From: Halorussus marinus | Lineage (GTDB): Archaea > Halobacteriota > Halobacteria > Halobacteriales > Haladaptataceae | Direction of reading: 5' to 3' | Length of the DNA: 64,000 nucleotides | Assembly (NCBI RefSeq): GCF_004765795.1 | Contig: NZ_SBIV01000002.1 | Location: forward strand, 62,001-126,000 | Part shown: positions 20,821-31,582 of the stretch, piece by piece | Position numbering within the stretch: position 1 is the first letter of the stretch | Layout of the letters: the number at the start of each line of letters is the position of its first letter | The notes under the pieces: model-generated | Databases searched by the model: none | What the model was told of the DNA's origin: nothing | The model's input: the letters and a program-made list of their open reading frames with translations, nothing else | Made by a program: the position numbers and the translations under genes

Positions 20821-22698
20821 TCACGTCAGGAAGAAGATCACGAGGCTGATCGCCATCGCGGCGACGATGACGGCGCCCGCCAGCGCCCCGCCCATCGAGA
20901 CGACGGCGTTGGCGTGGCTCGCCAGCGTCTCGGTTCGGTCGTTGCCAAACACCGTGACCGCGGCACGCTCGGTCGCCATCCCGGCCTCGACGGGCTCGCA
21001 GTCCGCGCGGGCCTCCGCGACGAGGTCGGCGATCAGCGCCACCAGTTCGTCCTGGGAGATCGACGATCCGACCTGATTCTCGGCCTCGACCGTGTTGACG
21101 ACGTGGTTGTCTGTGGTCAACACCTCCGCGTCGTCGACGCCCTCGATGGCGGCGATGATGCGATCGCGAAGCCCCGGCTCCATGTTGTTGCCGTCGACCA
21201 GCACGTAGGCGGCGGTCCGGTCGCCGATCTCGAACACCGCGACCCGGACCCCGAGCGGTCCGACCCCCTCGCGGGGCTCCCACTCGGTGGGGTCCCACGC
21301 GGTGCCGAGTCGGATCGGGCGCTGGGTCGTCTCGTCGAGTTCGGTCGCGGCCTCGCGGGCGGCCGCCATCAGGTCGAACGATCGCTCGCTCCCGGGGTAG
21401 ACGTGGCCGAGGTCCTCCACGTCGCTGAGCCCGTCGTTGGAGTTGTGTGCGTCCGCCAACAGCACGTCGTCGAAGCCGCTCGATCGGGCCTCCGCGGCGG
21501 CCGAGAGGCCGACCGCGTACATGATGTCGTCGGCGAACCCCGGGGCGTAGGTCGCGGTCAACAGGAGGTCGTCGCCGAACGCCTGTCCGAACACCTTCGC
21601 ATCCCCGACCTGCGATCGGACCGGCGGCGTCGCCGTCTCGCCGTACTCGATGTCGTCGTAGGCCGATTCGGCGGTCTCGATCACCGATTCGAGCTCGCGC
21701 TGGGTGACGAGGTTGAAGTCGTGGCCGGCGGTCGCGTGGGGCGGGAACCCGAGCCCGTCCGCGGTCTCGGCCACTCGTTTGGGGAGGTTGCCGCCCCCGA
21801 TCTCGCCCATCGGCCCCGGGTGGATCATCGGTAACACGAACCGGGCCTTCTCGGTGTGGTCTCGTCGGCGGAACGCCAGCACCGTGACCGGCACGACCGC
21901 CTCCTCGCCGATCTGTTCGAAGAAGTCCTCGAGCTCGTCGGTCCCCTCCGCGAGGTGGCCGACGAACCCGCGGAGGAAATCGAGCATGCTCACCCCGAGA
22001 CTGCGCTCCCACGGCCGGTCGATGAACCGGACGAACGCCCAGACCGCCACCCCGTAGAGCAGACAGAGCAGACCCAACAGCACGAAGTCGACCGCGACGA
22101 TGGCGCCGAGCTCCGGCGGCGCCTCGGCGGCCCGTGTCATCGTGATGTCGATGAACGTCTCGACCAGCGGGCCGCCGCCGACGTAGAGGTACTGCATGGT
22201 GCCGCTGTAGATGAACACGAGCACCGCGGCCGCGGCGGTCTGGACGCTCGCCGGGATCGCGGCGACGACGACCGACGTCCCGGAGATGGCGAGGACGACC
22301 AGCAGTCGGAGCGCGAACACCGACGCGAGCGCGACGATGAGCGCGTCGAAGACGAACCCCTGATCGAGCCCCTCGAACAGGACCGTGGCCGCGCCCGCGG
22401 CCGCCATCACCGCGACGACGACGCCCTCGCAGGTCAGCGCGAGCAACGACGATCGGTTGTAGGTGAGTTGGCCGCCGAGTCGTCGGTCGACCGGCGTGGT
22501 GAGCAGGCTGGCGACCACGGTCGGAACGCCGATGAAGAACACGCCCTGCCAGGCGTCCTCCAGCACGTAGCCGGCGTCGAACGCGCCGACGCCCGCGACC
22601 GCGGCGACGAGGAGCGCGAAGCCCACGCTGGCGTACCAGCGAGGCGCGCGGAAGATGTACCGCGACAGGCTCGCCAGATCGCCCTGCGTCGCTGACAT
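20821..22698 (-). CDS. DUF2070 family membrane protein
   Basis: Multi-TM N-terminal half; IHPGPMG, HATAGHDFN, DAHN, DGNN and TTDNH motifs. Confidence 0.88.
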   Translation of the reverse strand: MSATQGDLASLSRYIFRAPRWYASVGFALLVAAVAGVGAFDAGYVLEDAWQGVFFIGVPTVVASLLTTPVDRRLGGQLTYNRSSLLALTCEGVVVAVMAAAGAATVLFEGLDQGFVFDALIVALASVFALRLLVVLAISGTSVVVAAIPASVQTAAAAVLVFIYSGTMQYLYVGGGPLVETFIDITMTRAAEAPPELGAIVAVDFVLLGLLCLLYGVAVWAFVRFIDRPWERSLGVSMLDFLRGFVGHLAEGTDELEDFFEQIGEEAVVPVTVLAFRRRDHTEKARFVLPMIHPGPMGEIGGGNLPKRVAETADGLGFPPHATAGHDFNLVTQRELESVIETAESAYDDIEYGETATPPVRSQVGDAKVFGQAFGDDLLLTATYAPGFADDIMYAVGLSAAAEARSSGFDDVLLADAHNSNDGLSDVEDLGHVYPGSERSFDLMAAAREAATELDETTQRPIRLGTAWDPTEWEPREGVGPLGVRVAVFEIGDRTAAYVLVDGNNMEPGLRDRIIAAIEGVDDAEVLTTDNHVVNTVEAENQVGSSISQDELVALIADLVAEARADCEPVEAGMATERAAVTVFGNDRTETLASHANAVVSMGGALAGAVIVAAMAISLVIFFLT

Positions 22699-22733
22699 AC
22701 GCGGAGGATACGCGACCGAACGGTTAAAAGATG

Positions 22734-23282
22734 CTACTCGCAGATCGCTTCGAAGTTTTCGAACACTTCCTCGCCCTCGGCGGTGTGGGCGACCTCCGGA
22801 TGCCACTGGACGCCGTAGAGGTCCCGCTCGGGGTCGCTCATCGCCTCGACGCCGCAGACGTCGCTCTCGGCGGTCCGGGCGAAGCCGTCGGGGACCGCTT
22901 TGACCTCGTCGGCGTGGCTGGCCCAGACCCGGGTCTCGGGCGCGAGCGAGCCGACCAGCGGATCGTCGTCGTCCAGAACGTCGACGGTCACGTCGGCGTA
23001 GCCGCCGTAGTCGCCCTCGCCGACCGCGCCGCCGAGCGCGTCGGCGATGAGTTGCATCCCGAGACAGATGCCCAGCACGGGCACGTCGAGTTCGAGGTAG
23101 TCGGCGCAGTTGCCGGCGTCGTCGATGTCGGGACCGCCCGAGAGGACAAGCCCGTCGGCGTCGATCTCCTCCGGGGGCGTGGTGTTGTCGATTATCTCGG
23201 TGTCGACCCCCATGTCGCGAAGCGTCCGGTGTTCGAGGTGGGTGAACTGCCCGTGGTTGTCGACCACGACGATACGCGTCAT
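22734..23282 (-). CDS. guaAA: GMP synthase glutamine amidotransferase subunit A
   Basis: DNHGQF, LSGGP, GICLG and QWHPEV catalytic-triad motifs. Confidence 0.94.
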   Translation of the reverse strand: MTRIVVVDNHGQFTHLEHRTLRDMGVDTEIIDNTTPPEEIDADGLVLSGGPDIDDAGNCADYLELDVPVLGICLGMQLIADALGGAVGEGDYGGYADVTVDVLDDDDPLVGSLAPETRVWASHADEVKAVPDGFARTAESDVCGVEAMSDPERDLYGVQWHPEVAHTAEGEEVFENFEAICE

Positions 23283-23361
23283 TGGAGAGAGGTAGTGAGG
23301 CGGCCTACAAAAGCGGTTCGAAGACCACAGCCGGCGAACCGCGGTCGCCGAGTCGGAGCGA

Positions 23362-24147
23362 TCACCGCGCCTTCGCGCGGTCGATCCACGTCACGATTCG
23401 CTTCTCGGAGACGCCGGTCTCGGCCGCGAGCTGTTCGGGGTCGGCCCTCGCGAGCTCGGCGATGTCGCCGACGCCGGCGTCGTTGAGCCGCTCGGCGTAC
23501 GCCGAGCCGATCCCCTTGATGTCGTCGAGGGGTTCGCCCTCGCCGAGCTGTTCGTCGGAGGCGGCCGGCTCGTCGTCGGCTTCCGCCTCGTCGTCCGTTT
23601 TTTCGTCGGCGGGCGCCTGTTCGTCGGCTGTTTCTTCGTGGTCGTCTGGTTCCTCGCCGGCCCCGTCGATCGTTTCGTCCTCGTCGTCGGCGACTTCCTC
23701 GTCTTCGGTGTCGTCGGTCGTTTCTTCGTCGAGCCCGTCGTCGGTCGCTTCGTCCTCGTCGTCGCCGTCGACGTCCGACTCCGGCGTCGGCTCGGGCTCG
23801 GTCCCCGCCGTCTGTGTCGGCTGTGCGGCCTCCGTGGACGGCTGGACCGCTTCGGCCGGCTCGGCGGCGTCGTCGGTCTGGCTCTCCGTGCTCTGGGCCG
23901 CCGGCGCCGTGGTCACGTCCTCGGTCGAGATGCCGGTCTCCGCGCTGTCCGCGTCGGTCTCGGACTCGTCGGTCGCCTCGAAGGACTCCTCGGCTCCCGC
24001 GTCGACGCCTTTGACCGCGCTCTCGGTCTCGGTGTCGGGCGACGCCTCCGGTTCGCGCTCGATGGTGACGCCCGAGTCGGTGCGGCGCACCTGCGAGCGG
24101 TCATCGTCGAGTCCGAGCAACGACTTCAGCTTGGTGAGCAGTCCCAT
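23362..24147 (-). CDS. Acidic low-complexity protein with C-terminal helix-hairpin-helix domain
   Basis: N-terminal amphipathic MGLLTKLKSLLGL, a long D/E-rich linker, then IKGIGSAYAERLNDAGV. Confidence 0.8.
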   Translation of the reverse strand: MGLLTKLKSLLGLDDDRSQVRRTDSGVTIEREPEASPDTETESAVKGVDAGAEESFEATDESETDADSAETGISTEDVTTAPAAQSTESQTDDAAEPAEAVQPSTEAAQPTQTAGTEPEPTPESDVDGDDEDEATDDGLDEETTDDTEDEEVADDEDETIDGAGEEPDDHEETADEQAPADEKTDDEAEADDEPAASDEQLGEGEPLDDIKGIGSAYAERLNDAGVGDIAELARADPEQLAAETGVSEKRIVTWIDRAKAR

Positions 24148-24174
24148 TTGCGTGACAGTAGACGACCGGACTAC

Positions 24175-25011
24175 TTAAAGTCGTGCCCGGAGCGCCGCGT
24201 TCATCGCGTCGACGGGCGCGTCCAGTCCGGTCCAGCGTTCGAAGGCCTCGACGCCCTGATAGAGGAGCATCCACGCCCCGTCGACGGTGGTCGCGCCCCG
24301 CTCGCGGGCCTCCCGGAGCAGTCTGGTGTCGAGCGGCCGGTAGACCGCATCGAGCACCGCCAGATTGGCGTGGAGCGCGTCGGCCGGGATCGGCGATCGG
24401 TCTTCTTCCATCCCGACGCTGGTGGCGTTGACCACCACGTCGGCCGCCGCCACCCGGTCGTCGAGGTCGTCGAGTCCGCCGGCGGTCGGCGCGGTCGACG
24501 CCGAGGGGGTCGCCCGCCCCACGTCTGCCGCGAGCGCCTCGGCGCGGTCGGCGGTCCGATTGGCGACGTGGAGGGTCGCGCCCGCATCGGCGAGCGCGAA
24601 CGCGGTCGCCCGCGCCGCCCCGCCGGCGCCCACGACGACCGCGTGCCGGTCTGCGAGTCGGACGTCGTGGTGGGCGAACGCCCGCCGGACGCCCGCGGCG
24701 TCGGTGTTGTGACCGGTCGGGGGGTCGCCCGGCCCGGCGTCGGAGAAATCGAGGGTGTTGACCGCGCCGATCCGGGCCGCGAGGTCGTCGGGCTCGACCC
24801 GATCGAGGGCCGCCTCCTTGAACGGGATGGTGACGTTGAGTCCCGCGATCCCGAGCGCGCGCGCGCCCTCGATCGCGGCCCCGAGGTCGTCGGGGTCGGG
24901 CTCGAAGGTGACGTAGCGGGCGTCGAGGCCGAGTTCGTCGTAGGCCGCCTCGTGCATCGGCGGCGACAGCGAGTGGCCGACGGGGTTGCCGAGCAGGCCG
25001 AACACGTCCAT
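24175..25011 (-). CDS. aroE: Shikimate dehydrogenase
   Basis: [32 protein letters not shown] and MLLYQG. Confidence 0.96.
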   Translation of the reverse strand: MDVFGLLGNPVGHSLSPPMHEAAYDELGLDARYVTFEPDPDDLGAAIEGARALGIAGLNVTIPFKEAALDRVEPDDLAARIGAVNTLDFSDAGPGDPPTGHNTDAAGVRRAFAHHDVRLADRHAVVVGAGGAARATAFALADAGATLHVANRTADRAEALAADVGRATPSASTAPTAGGLDDLDDRVAAADVVVNATSVGMEEDRSPIPADALHANLAVLDAVYRPLDTRLLREARERGATTVDGAWMLLYQGVEAFERWTGLDAPVDAMNAALRARL

Positions 25012-25107
25012 GTCTGGGCCGAGCGCGCCGAACCCGATAGTTCCCCCGGTTGGTTCGGTCGCGGCGTTTCGATGAACTTTAACCACCCCCACAGAAAGAA
25101 GCGCTAA

Positions 25108-26079
25108 ATGTCACTGGCTCCACTCGCGATCGCCACCGGCCCGCTACTCGATCTCGGGCTCCTCCTCGGGGGCATCCTGTTTCTGTACCTCGGCGCGGAA
25201 CTGCTGGTCAACAGCGCCTCGAAGCTCGCTGTCGGCTTCGGCATCAACCCCGCGACCGTCGGGGTCACGATCGTCGCGTTCGCCACGACCGCCCCGGAGC
25301 TGTTCGTCAGCACCGTCGGCTCGATCGGCATCGGCGACGACATCGGGCTGGGGAACATCCTCGGGTCGAACATCGCCAACATCGGACTGGTGCTGGGCGC
25401 GTCGGCGCTCGTCCGGCCGATGAACGTCAACAGGGACGTGCTGATGAAACACGGGCCGTTCATGTTCGCCGCCGCGGCGCTGCTCGTGGTGCTCGGGCTC
25501 GACGGCTCGCTCGGCGCGCTCGACGGCGCGCTGTTGCTGGCGCTTCTGGCGGGGTTCACCGGCTACCTGTTTTACACTTCCCAGCAGGGCGAGGTCGCGG
25601 TCACCGAGGAGGTCGAGATCGACGACAGCGCCTCGGCTACCGTGCGGGACGGCGTGGTCCTGCTCGGCGCGGGCGTGTGCCTGCTCGGGGGGTCGATGGG
25701 ACTGCTCGAAGGCTCGACGAACCTCCTGCGTGCCTACGGGTTCAGCAACCTCTTCATCGGCCTGACCGTCATCGCGTTCGGCACGTCGCTCCCGGAGCTC
25801 GCCACCTCGGTCGTGAGCGCGTTCCGGGGCGAGGCCGAGTTCAGCATCGGCAACGTCATCGGGAGCAACATCTACAACGTGCTCGCGGTTATCGGCGTCC
25901 TCGCGGTCGTCGACCCCCTCAGAGTCGCCCCGAGCGTCCAGTCGTTTCACTTCCCGGTCCTGATCGGGTTCACCGTCGGCGCGATCGGGCTGATGGCCGC
26001 CAGCCGGCGGATCTCCCGACCGAACGGCGTCGCGTTGCTCGGCGGCTACGCGGTGTTCGTCTACTTCCTGCTCCCCTGA
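25108..26079 (+). CDS. Ca2+/Na+ antiporter (CaCA, YrbG-like)
   Basis: Alpha repeats ATTAPEL...GNILGSN and GTSLPEL...GNVIGSN. Confidence 0.93.
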   Translation: MSLAPLAIATGPLLDLGLLLGGILFLYLGAELLVNSASKLAVGFGINPATVGVTIVAFATTAPELFVSTVGSIGIGDDIGLGNILGSNIANIGLVLGASALVRPMNVNRDVLMKHGPFMFAAAALLVVLGLDGSLGALDGALLLALLAGFTGYLFYTSQQGEVAVTEEVEIDDSASATVRDGVVLLGAGVCLLGGSMGLLEGSTNLLRAYGFSNLFIGLTVIAFGTSLPELATSVVSAFRGEAEFSIGNVIGSNIYNVLAVIGVLAVVDPLRVAPSVQSFHFPVLIGFTVGAIGLMAASRRISRPNGVALLGGYAVFVYFLLP

Positions 26080-26160
26080 GCCGGCCGGGACGAGCGCGCA
26101 CCGTCGTCGGTTCGGAGCGCAAAACCTACCTTTCCGCCCGGTCTATCCACGCGGAACGCT

Positions 26161-27504
26161 ATGTCTGCTCGACTCCGCCATCCGCTGACCGCAGTCGCGG
26201 CCACGGTTCTACTGACGGTGCCGTGGCTGGGGATCTACGCCACGGGCTCGGCCGAGGCGGTCGGCACGCTCGGCACGGTCGCGATCTCGGGCGTGGCGGT
26301 GCTCGGCGCCTCGTTTCTGCTCGCGTGGGGCGCCGAGACCGCGGAGAAAGACGTCCCGCGGGCGTTCGCGATCGCTATCCTCGCCGTGCTGGCGGTCGCC
26401 CCGGAGTACGCGGTCGACGCCCTCTACGCGTGGACCGCCGGGGCCAACGTCGGCACCGAGCGCGGGATCGAGGCCGCCAACCTCGCGGTCGCGAACATGA
26501 CCGGCGCGAACCGGATCCTCATCGGCCTCGGCTGGTCGGGGATCGCGCTGTTCACCGTCTACCGCACGCTGAGCTCGGCGGACCCCGCGGTCGTCCGCAA
26601 GCCCGGCTTCCTGCGGAGCACGGTCCAGCTCGACCGCAACCTCGCGACCGAGATCGCCTTCCTGCTGGCCGCGACCGCCTACGCCTTCGTGGTTCCGTTC
26701 GGCGCGGGCATCGGCATCGTCGACACGATCGTTCTCGTCGGCATCTACGCGGTCTACATCGGCATCATCATCCGGGGTGACGTCGAGGACCACGACGAGC
26801 AGGTCGGCATCCCGGCGTACCTCCAGTCGTTCCCCAAGGGGCGCCGGATCGCGAGCGTCCTCCTGCTGTTTGGCTACTCGGGCGCGATGATCTACACCGC
26901 GGTCCACCCGTTCGCCCACGGGCTGGAGGAGATCGGACTGGCGCTCGGGATCCCGCCGTTCTTCATGATCCAGTGGATCGCGCCGCTGGCGTCTGAGTCG
27001 CCCGAGCTCATCGTCGTCGCCTACCTCGTCAACAAGGCCCGGTCGACCGCGGGGTTCAACGCGCTCATCTCCTCGAAGCTCAACCAGTGGACCCTGCTCA
27101 TCGGGACCTTGGCGGTCGTCTACAGCATCGCGGCGGGGTCGGTCGGCGCGCTCCCGTTCGACGAGAAACAGCAGGCCGAGATCTGGATCACGGCGGCCCA
27201 GAGCTTCTTCGCGCTCGGCGTGCTCGCCAACTTCGAGATCAGCGTCCGGGAGGCGCTGGTGGTGCTCGTGCTGTTCGCCTCGCAGGTGCTCGCGGAGTTC
27301 TACGTGATCCGGACTACGGCCGAGCCGGCGGCCACCGAGCTCAGTATCCTCATTCTCTACGCGTACACCGCGGTGTACCTCGCGATCGGTGCGGCGCTGT
27401 TCGTCGTGCGTCGCGACGAGGTCCGTGGAATCTTCGGTCGCACCGCCGCGAACGCCCGGAGCGCCCTGCCGGGTCGCTCGAAATCGCCCGAGCACGCCGA
27501 CTGA
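26161..27504 (+). CDS. Second, divergent Na+/Ca2+ exchanger family protein
   Basis: AVAPEYAVD...ANMTGANR and APLASESPE...SSKLNQWTLL repeats; multi-TM. Confidence 0.88.
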   Translation: MSARLRHPLTAVAATVLLTVPWLGIYATGSAEAVGTLGTVAISGVAVLGASFLLAWGAETAEKDVPRAFAIAILAVLAVAPEYAVDALYAWTAGANVGTERGIEAANLAVANMTGANRILIGLGWSGIALFTVYRTLSSADPAVVRKPGFLRSTVQLDRNLATEIAFLLAATAYAFVVPFGAGIGIVDTIVLVGIYAVYIGIIIRGDVEDHDEQVGIPAYLQSFPKGRRIASVLLLFGYSGAMIYTAVHPFAHGLEEIGLALGIPPFFMIQWIAPLASESPELIVVAYLVNKARSTAGFNALISSKLNQWTLLIGTLAVVYSIAAGSVGALPFDEKQQAEIWITAAQSFFALGVLANFEISVREALVVLVLFASQVLAEFYVIRTTAEPAATELSILILYAYTAVYLAIGAALFVVRRDEVRGIFGRTAANARSALPGRSKSPEHAD

Positions 27505-27572
27505 GCCGGTCGTTCGCGAGCCCGTGGCGCCTTCCGACGCGCTTTTCCCCGGTTCGGACCCTACGTGTGGCC

Positions 27573-28925
27573 GTGATAGCCATCGTCGTCAGCAGAGCCG
27601 ACTCGGCGTCCGAGCACATCGGCGGCCGCCTGCTCGAACTCGCCGACTGGGAGCCCCGGGAGGACGACGCCCGGCCCGACGGCGCGGGCGGCGGGACCTA
27701 CTACCGACGCGACGGGTTCGAACTCCGGACGTTCGACGACCTCCACCTCGAAATCGAGGACGTCGCCGACGCCTTCGGCGAGCCGGCGGGCTCGCGAGCG
27801 ACCCCGGATCTGCTGGTGTTCGTCTCCCGACACTCGGGGGAGACCGGCCCGCTTCTCACCGCTCACTTCACGGGGAACTTCGGACCGGCGGAGTTCGGGG
27901 GCACCGCGGGCGGACTCGCCGAGGCGTGCCCGAACGCCCACGCCGAACTGCTCGCGGCGTTCGACGAGCACGCGCCCGGCGGCTACGAGGTCGGCACCGA
28001 GTGCACCCACCACGGCCCGTCGTCGGTCGGCGTCCCCTCGATGTTCGTCGAGTTGGGTAGCGACGAGCCCCAGTGGGACGACCCCGAGGGCGCGCGAGCG
28101 GTCGCCCGTGCGGTGCTGGACCTGGAGGGAGTCGAGCCCCACCGCGACCGACAGGTCGTCGCGTTCGGCGGCGGCCACTACGCACCCCGGGTCGAGCGGA
28201 TCGTCCGGGAGACCGACTGGGCGGTCGGCCACGTCGCGGCCGACTGGGTGCTCGACGCGATGGGCGCGCCCGACGCGAACCGCGACGTGCTCGGGCGGGC
28301 CTTCGCGGCGAGCGGGGCCGACCGGGCGGTGGTCGACGGCGACCGCCCGGAACTGGCGGCCGCGATCGCGGATCTGGGCTACGACGTGGTGAGCGAGACG
28401 TGGCTCCGCGAGACGACCGGCGTCGCCCTCGGGCTGGTCGAGGCCCTCGAAGCCGACCTCGCGTCGGTCGCCGAGGGGCTTCGGTTCGGCGACCCGGCGA
28501 CCGGGGCGGGCCCGGACGCCGACTACGAGGTGGTCGGGCTCCCCGGGAAACTGCTCGCGGAGGCCCAGGGGATCGACCCCGACGCGGTCCGGGAGGCGGT
28601 CGCGTCCCGGGCGCTCGCGTTCGAGACCGAGCAGGGCGCCAGCCGCGCGGCGGGCCGGGTCGCGGTCCGGGCGACCGCCGACCGCGACGCGATCGTCGAC
28701 GCGCTGGCCGACGTGCTGGCCCGGAAGTACGACTCGATCGAACGATCGGACGGGGCGATCCTCGCGCGCGAGGTCGCCTTCGATCCCGAGAAGGCCGAGA
28801 CGCTGGGCGTCCCCGAGGGTCCCGCGTTCGGGAAACTGTCCACCGGCGAGACGGTGACGCTCGGCGGCCGGGAGATCGACCCCGAGGCGGTCCGGACCGA
28901 GCGCGTTCACGAATTCCCGGTTTGA
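27573..28925 (+). CDS. dtdA: D-aminoacyl-tRNA deacylase (DTD2)
   Basis: GTG start, [39 protein letters not shown] and GGGHYAP motifs; upstream of ftsZ. Confidence 0.92.
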   Translation: MIAIVVSRADSASEHIGGRLLELADWEPREDDARPDGAGGGTYYRRDGFELRTFDDLHLEIEDVADAFGEPAGSRATPDLLVFVSRHSGETGPLLTAHFTGNFGPAEFGGTAGGLAEACPNAHAELLAAFDEHAPGGYEVGTECTHHGPSSVGVPSMFVELGSDEPQWDDPEGARAVARAVLDLEGVEPHRDRQVVAFGGGHYAPRVERIVRETDWAVGHVAADWVLDAMGAPDANRDVLGRAFAASGADRAVVDGDRPELAAAIADLGYDVVSETWLRETTGVALGLVEALEADLASVAEGLRFGDPATGAGPDADYEVVGLPGKLLAEAQGIDPDAVREAVASRALAFETEQGASRAAGRVAVRATADRDAIVDALADVLARKYDSIERSDGAILAREVAFDPEKAETLGVPEGPAFGKLSTGETVTLGGREIDPEAVRTERVHEFPV

Positions 28926-29019
28926 CCTCCCGGCGGGCCGGAAATATCAGAAATCGTCAGACATTCGTCCGACGAAGAGGGGAAAGATAATTAAGCTCCG
29001 TTCTCAAGCCAACTTCAGC

Positions 29020-30162
29020 ATGGACTCGCTAGTCGAAGACGCCATCGAGGAAGCCGAGGAGGACGAGGAGCCCTCCCGGCAGCCCACTTCGGGGGGAGCC
29101 GCCCAAGACGTGACCCCGTCGGGAACGATGACCGACGAGGAGCTGAAAGACGTTCTGCAGGACCTCCAGACCGACATCACGGTGGTCGGCTGTGGCGGCG
29201 CCGGCGGCAACACGGTCAACCGCATGGCCGAGGAGGGCATCCACGGCGCGAAGCTCGTGGCCGCAAACACCGACGTACAGCACCTCGTCGAGATCGAGGC
29301 CGACACCAAGATCCTGATGGGCGAACAGAAGACCCAGGGCCGGGGCGCCGGATCGCTCCCGCAGGTCGGCGAGGAGGCCGCCCTCGAGAGCCAAGACGAG
29401 GTCTACGACGCCATCGACGGCTCGGACATGGTGTTCGTCACCGCGGGTCTGGGCGGAGGGACCGGTACGGGGTCGGCCCCGGTCGTCGCGAAGGCCGCCC
29501 GCGAGTCGGGCGCGCTCACCATCTCCATCGTGACGACGCCGTTCACCGCCGAGGGGGAGGTCAGACGGACCAACGCCGAGGCCGGCCTCGAACGGCTCCG
29601 GGACGTCTCTGACACCGTCATCGTCGTCCCCAACGACCGACTGCTCGACTCGGTGGGCAAGCTCCCCGTCCGCCAAGCGTTCAAGGTCGCCGACGAGGTG
29701 CTGATGCGGTCGGTCAAGGGCATCACCGAACTCATCACCAAGCCCGGACTCGTCAACCTCGACTTCGCCGACGTCCGGACCGTCATGGAGAAAGGCGGCG
29801 TCGCGATGATCGGGCTCGGAGAGAGCGACTCGGACGCCAAGGCCCAGGACTCGGTGAAGTCGGCGCTCCGCTCTCCCCTGCTCGACGTCGACATCTCCGG
29901 GGCGAACTCCGCGCTGGTGAACGTCACGGGCGGCAACGACATGTCGATCGAGGAGGCCGAGGGCGTCGTCGAGGAGATCTACGACCGGATCGACCCCGAC
30001 GCCCGCATCATCTGGGGGACCTCCATCGACGAGGAACTCGACGGCGAGATGCGCACGATGATCGTCGTCACGGGCGTCGAGTCGCCCCAGATCTACGGCC
30101 GCAACGAGGCCCAGCAGGCCAAGGCCGACCAGAAGCTCCAGGACATCGACTACGTCGAGTAG
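29020..30162 (+). CDS. ftsZ: Cell division protein FtsZ (FtsZ1 type)
   Basis: GGAGGN, GGGTGTG tubulin signature and NLDFADV; ftsZ-secE-spt5 order. Confidence 0.98.
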   Translation: MDSLVEDAIEEAEEDEEPSRQPTSGGAAQDVTPSGTMTDEELKDVLQDLQTDITVVGCGGAGGNTVNRMAEEGIHGAKLVAANTDVQHLVEIEADTKILMGEQKTQGRGAGSLPQVGEEAALESQDEVYDAIDGSDMVFVTAGLGGGTGTGSAPVVAKAARESGALTISIVTTPFTAEGEVRRTNAEAGLERLRDVSDTVIVVPNDRLLDSVGKLPVRQAFKVADEVLMRSVKGITELITKPGLVNLDFADVRTVMEKGGVAMIGLGESDSDAKAQDSVKSALRSPLLDVDISGANSALVNVTGGNDMSIEEAEGVVEEIYDRIDPDARIIWGTSIDEELDGEMRTMIVVTGVESPQIYGRNEAQQAKADQKLQDIDYVE

Positions 30163-30266
30163 CGCTCCCCCCGATCGCCCTGCCCCGCGTCTCTCCCGTT
30201 CTGTCGATCGCCGCCCCCGCCCCAGAACAATAGATAGAAAACCCTCGCTCTCTAACCCCCGATAAC

Positions 30267-30434
30267 ATGGATGTCAAGCTAGACCTCTCGTCGTACGTCC
30301 GCGTGCTGAAGCTCGCCAGCACGCCGTCGTGGGAGGAGTTCTCGAAGATCTCGAAGATCGCCGGCGCCGGAATCGTGCTGGTCGGCCTGCTCGGATTCCT
30401 CATCTTCGCGGTCATGAGCTTCCTCCCCTCGTAG
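30267..30434 (+). CDS. secE: Protein translocase subunit SecE (Sec61 gamma)
   Basis: Not in the ORF track. Manual translation: MDVKLDLSSYVRVLKLASTPSWEEFSKISKIAGAGIVLVGLLGFLIFAVMSFLPS*. Confidence 0.95.
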   Translation: MDVKLDLSSYVRVLKLASTPSWEEFSKISKIAGAGIVLVGLLGFLIFAVMSFLPS

Positions 30435-30444
30435 GTGATCTCGG

Positions 30445-30882
30445 ATGCCAATGTACGCCGTCAAGACGACCGCGAGCCAGGAACGCACCGTCGCAGATAT
30501 GATCATCAACCGCGAGGAGCCCGAGATCCACGCCGCGCTCGCGCCCGACTCGCTCACGAGCTACGTGATGGTCGAGGCCGACGACGACGCCGCCATCAGC
30601 CGGGTCCTCGAAGAGATCCCCCACGCCCAGAGCATCGTGCCGGGCAAGAGCGACATCTCGGAGGTCGAACACTTCCTGTCGCCGACCCCGGACGTCGAGG
30701 GGATCGCCGAGAGCGACATCGTCGAACTCATCGCCGGCCCGTTCAAGGGCGAGAAGGCCCAGGTCCAGCGCATCGACGAGGGCAAAGACCAGGTGACCGT
30801 CGAACTGTACGAGGCCACGGTCCCGATTCCGGTGACGGTCCGGGGCGACCAGATCCGGGTGCTGGACTCCGAAGAGCGGTAG
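30445..30882 (+). CDS. spt5: Transcription elongation factor Spt5
   Basis: NGN domain plus KOW motif IVELIAGPFKGEKA. Confidence 0.96.
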   Translation: MPMYAVKTTASQERTVADMIINREEPEIHAALAPDSLTSYVMVEADDDAAISRVLEEIPHAQSIVPGKSDISEVEHFLSPTPDVEGIAESDIVELIAGPFKGEKAQVQRIDEGKDQVTVELYEATVPIPVTVRGDQIRVLDSEER

Positions 30883-30916
30883 TCGCCGGCGTACGCCGAA
30901 CGGAGTGTGGCGTTTC

Positions 30917-30944
30917 ACCGACCGCGTTCGCGGTCGGTCTTTTT
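30917..30944 (+). terminator. Hairpin plus T-tract downstream of spt5
   Basis: ACCGACCGC-GTTC-GCGGTCGGT (9-bp stem) followed by CTTTTT. Confidence 0.55.
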
Positions 30945-31014
30945 GGTCCAGATTTTTGCGCCGAGCGGTGCCCACAGCGAACGGCGTGAGCGAGGACACC
31001 CGAGGCCCAAAAAG
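30939..31014. repeat. Small inverted-repeat-bounded intergenic element (MITE/REP-like)
   Basis: CTTTTTGG at 30939-30946 and its reverse complement CCAAAAAG at 31007-31014. It resembles a repeat style recalled from haloarchaeal intergenic DNA, but only one copy is in this window. Confidence 0.45.
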
Positions 31015-31019
31015 GTGTC

Positions 31020-31490
31020 TTACAGCCCCTCCAGCGACCGGAGCTTCTGCTCGACGCTCGGGGGCGCGGCGCTCGGCCCGTCGCGCACCCGGTGGTCCGG
31101 GATCACCAGCGGCGCGGGGTTCTCGGCGAGCGCGGTCCGGACCGCGTCGAGGTCCGCCTCGTCGGTGTGGTCGACGCCGCTGGTCATCCGCGCCAGCGTC
31201 TCGACGGTGATCTGGTCGCCGTACGGGACCCGGCGGACGCGCTCTAGCACGGCCCGCTGGGTCGTCGGCACGGTCAGCGCGACCTCCGCGTCCGAGAAGT
31301 CGTCCTCGACGCCCCCGAGATAGTCGGTGATCCGGTCGAGCAGGTCGTGGTCCTCGATCGCCTCCTTGTCGGGCGAGTCGGGAAACGAGACGCTGAGCAC
31401 CCGCCCGCTCGCGATGCCGAGTTGGACGTATCGGTCGAGGTACGACGATTCTCGCGCGTAGATGCCGGCGACGTCGTCCATCTCGTCCAT
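31020..31490 (-). CDS. MGMT/alkyltransferase-like protein lacking the catalytic Cys
   Basis: [13 protein letters not shown] and [12 protein letters not shown] (canonical motif is PCHRV). Confidence 0.85.
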   Translation of the reverse strand: MDEMDDVAGIYARESSYLDRYVQLGIASGRVLSVSFPDSPDKEAIEDHDLLDRITDYLGGVEDDFSDAEVALTVPTTQRAVLERVRRVPYGDQITVETLARMTSGVDHTDEADLDAVRTALAENPAPLVIPDHRVRDGPSAAPPSVEQKLRSLEGL

Positions 31491-31582
31491 GCCCGCCGCT
31501 TCGAGCGGTTCGGACTTGAAGATTCCGCGGGCGGGCCCGGACAGACGCAAGCCTTATGTACAATTCCGTCCGTTAATGCACA

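Noticed and set aside
23500..24060. TCG/GTC-rich low-complexity tract
   Set aside because: It is explained by the Asp/Glu-rich linker of the HhH protein.
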